A stretch of 64,000 nt of DNA from Candidatus Multivorans sp. (GTDB lineage Bacteria > Acidobacteriota > Thermoanaerobaculia > Multivoradales > Multivoraceae). Below the pieces are notes generated by a model, which saw only the letters and a list, made by a program, of their open reading frames with translations, made no database searches and had not been told where the DNA came from. The position numbers and the translations under genes are program-made. Shown here in pieces: positions 62,674-64,000 of the stretch; position 1 is the stretch's first letter; each line of letters starts with the position of its first letter. Location of the stretch: NCBI GenBank assembly GCA_965247095.1, contig OZ251997.1:608001-672000 (forward strand). The letters run 5' to 3'.

Positions 62674-64000
62674 CAGACGCACGGGGCTGGTCCGCGGCTC
62701 TCTGGTCGTCGCCCTTGGCCTGACGCTGATTCCGCTGGCGCCGGCCACGGCGGACGGGGTGGCGCAGAAGAGCGACCTCGAGACGGCGGTGGCGGAGCGG
62801 GCCGACCTGCTCTGGGACGCGGCGCGGAAGATCTGGGAGTGGGCCGAGCCGGGCTACCAGGAGACGAAGTCCTCGGCCTTGCTCGCCTCGCTGATCGAGG
62901 AGGAGGGCTTCGAGGTCGAGCGCGGCGTCGCCGGGATTCCGACGAGCTTCATCGCGTCGTACGGTGCTGGTCGGCCGGTGATCGCGATCCTGGCCGAGTT
63001 CGACGCTTTGCCCGGCCTGGCCCAGCAGGCGGTTCCCACCCGCGCGCCGCGCGAGGGCCCCGACTGGGGCCATGCCTGCGGTCACCATCTGTTCGGCGCC
63101 GGCTCGCTCGGAGCGGCGCTCGCGGTGGCCGATGGCATTCGCGGCGGCGCGATCCAGGGGACCGTGCGGCTCTATGGCACGCCGGCCGAGGAAGGGGGAG
63201 GCGCCAAGGCGTTCATGACCCGCGCCGGGCTGTTCGAGGACGTCGATGCGGTCCTGCACTGGCATCCGGGCGACGTGAACTCGGCCGGCGATCCGACCAA
63301 CCTGGCCCGGGTGGCGGCCAAGTTCCGCTATCGCGGTCGCAGCGCCCACGCCGCCGCGTCGCCCGAAGCGGGGCGCTCGGCGCTCGATGCGGTGGCGATC
63401 CTGAACTACGGCGCCGAACTGCTGCGCGAGCACACGCCCGACCGCACGCGCATCCACCACGTGATCACCGCCGGCGGCGACGCCCCGAACGTGGTGCCGG
63501 CGTTCGCCGAGGCGTACTACTACGTGCGGCACCCGGACATCGGTATCGCGCGCTCGATCTACGACCGGCTGGTGCTGGTGGCCGAAGGCGCCGCCCACGC
63601 CACGGAAACGGAACTGGAGATCGAGTTCCTGGGCGGCATCCACAACCTGTTGCCCAACGACACGCTGTCCAAGGTCTCGCTTCGGAACTTCAAAGACCTG
63701 ATCGACATGGACTACAGCGACGAGGAGCGTGGCTGGGCCGGCAAGCTGCAGGAATCGCTACTGCGGCCCCGGCCGCTTGCCTCGGTGTCCGAACTGCGCG
63801 ACGACACGGGCGACACCACCCTGGGCTCGACCGACGTCGGCGACGTCTCCTGGGTCGCGCCGACGACCGGTATCCGCACTGCCTGCTGGGTGCCGGGCAC
63901 GCCGGCCCACTCCTGGCAGGCGGTCGCCGCGGGCGGCACGACGATCGGCCGCCAGGGCATGTTGATGGCGGCCCGCGTGCTAGCGGCCACAGCCTGGGAC
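62666..64000 (+). CDS. M20 amidohydrolase (AbgB-like) with a signal peptide; 3' truncated by the window
   Basis: EPGYQETKSS, AEFDALPGL, GHACGHHL, GTPAEEGG, WHP, GSTDVGDVSW. Absent from the ORF track because it has no stop in the window. Confidence 0.88.
   Translation, partial: MASRRTGLVRGSLVVALGLTLIPLAPATADGVAQKSDLETAVAERADLLWDAARKIWEWAEPGYQETKSSALLASLIEEEGFEVERGVAGIPTSFIASYGAGRPVIAILAEFDALPGLAQQAVPTRAPREGPDWGHACGHHLFGAGSLGAALAVADGIRGGAIQGTVRLYGTPAEEGGGAKAFMTRAGLFEDVDAVLHWHPGDVNSAGDPTNLARVAAKFRYRGRSAHAAASPEAGRSALDAVAILNYGAELLREHTPDRTRIHHVITAGGDAPNVVPAFAEAYYYVRHPDIGIARSIYDRLVLVAEGAAHATETELEIEFLGGIHNLLPNDTLSKVSLRNFKDLIDMDYSDEERGWAGKLQESLLRPRPLASVSELRDDTGDTTLGSTDVGDVSWVAPTTGIRTACWVPGTPAHSWQAVAAGGTTIGRQGMLMAARVLAATAWD

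Overview
This 64-kb window is gene-dense, very GC-rich bacterial chromosomal DNA. The gene content is compatible with Acidobacteriota or a related lineage, but that is inference only. It carries housekeeping and metabolic loci: grxD-bolA, sucA-sucB-lpdA, argG, etfBA with a membrane Fe-S oxidoreductase, prpE, trpS, a class II DAHP synthase and murJ. It also carries a MoxR/DUF58/vWA operon preceded by secreted beta-propeller proteins, an RND efflux operon and several exported amide/peptide hydrolases. I saw no rRNA, tRNA, CRISPR array or intact transposase. The most notable signal is two linked families of short palindromic repeats: family A (REP-like) and family B (a 73-74 bp double hairpin with compensatory stem changes). 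They occur both between genes and in-frame inside proteins, namely the SucB linker and the oxoprolinase. Other points of interest are a secreted heme-c/dicopper monooxygenase-like protein, a PilZ-TM-AMIN protein coupled to murJ, decaying toxin-antitoxin and aminotransferase genes, and an unexplained motif-rich intergenic block at about 30.9-31.1 kb. All family assignments come from motifs recognised by eye; no database searches were run.
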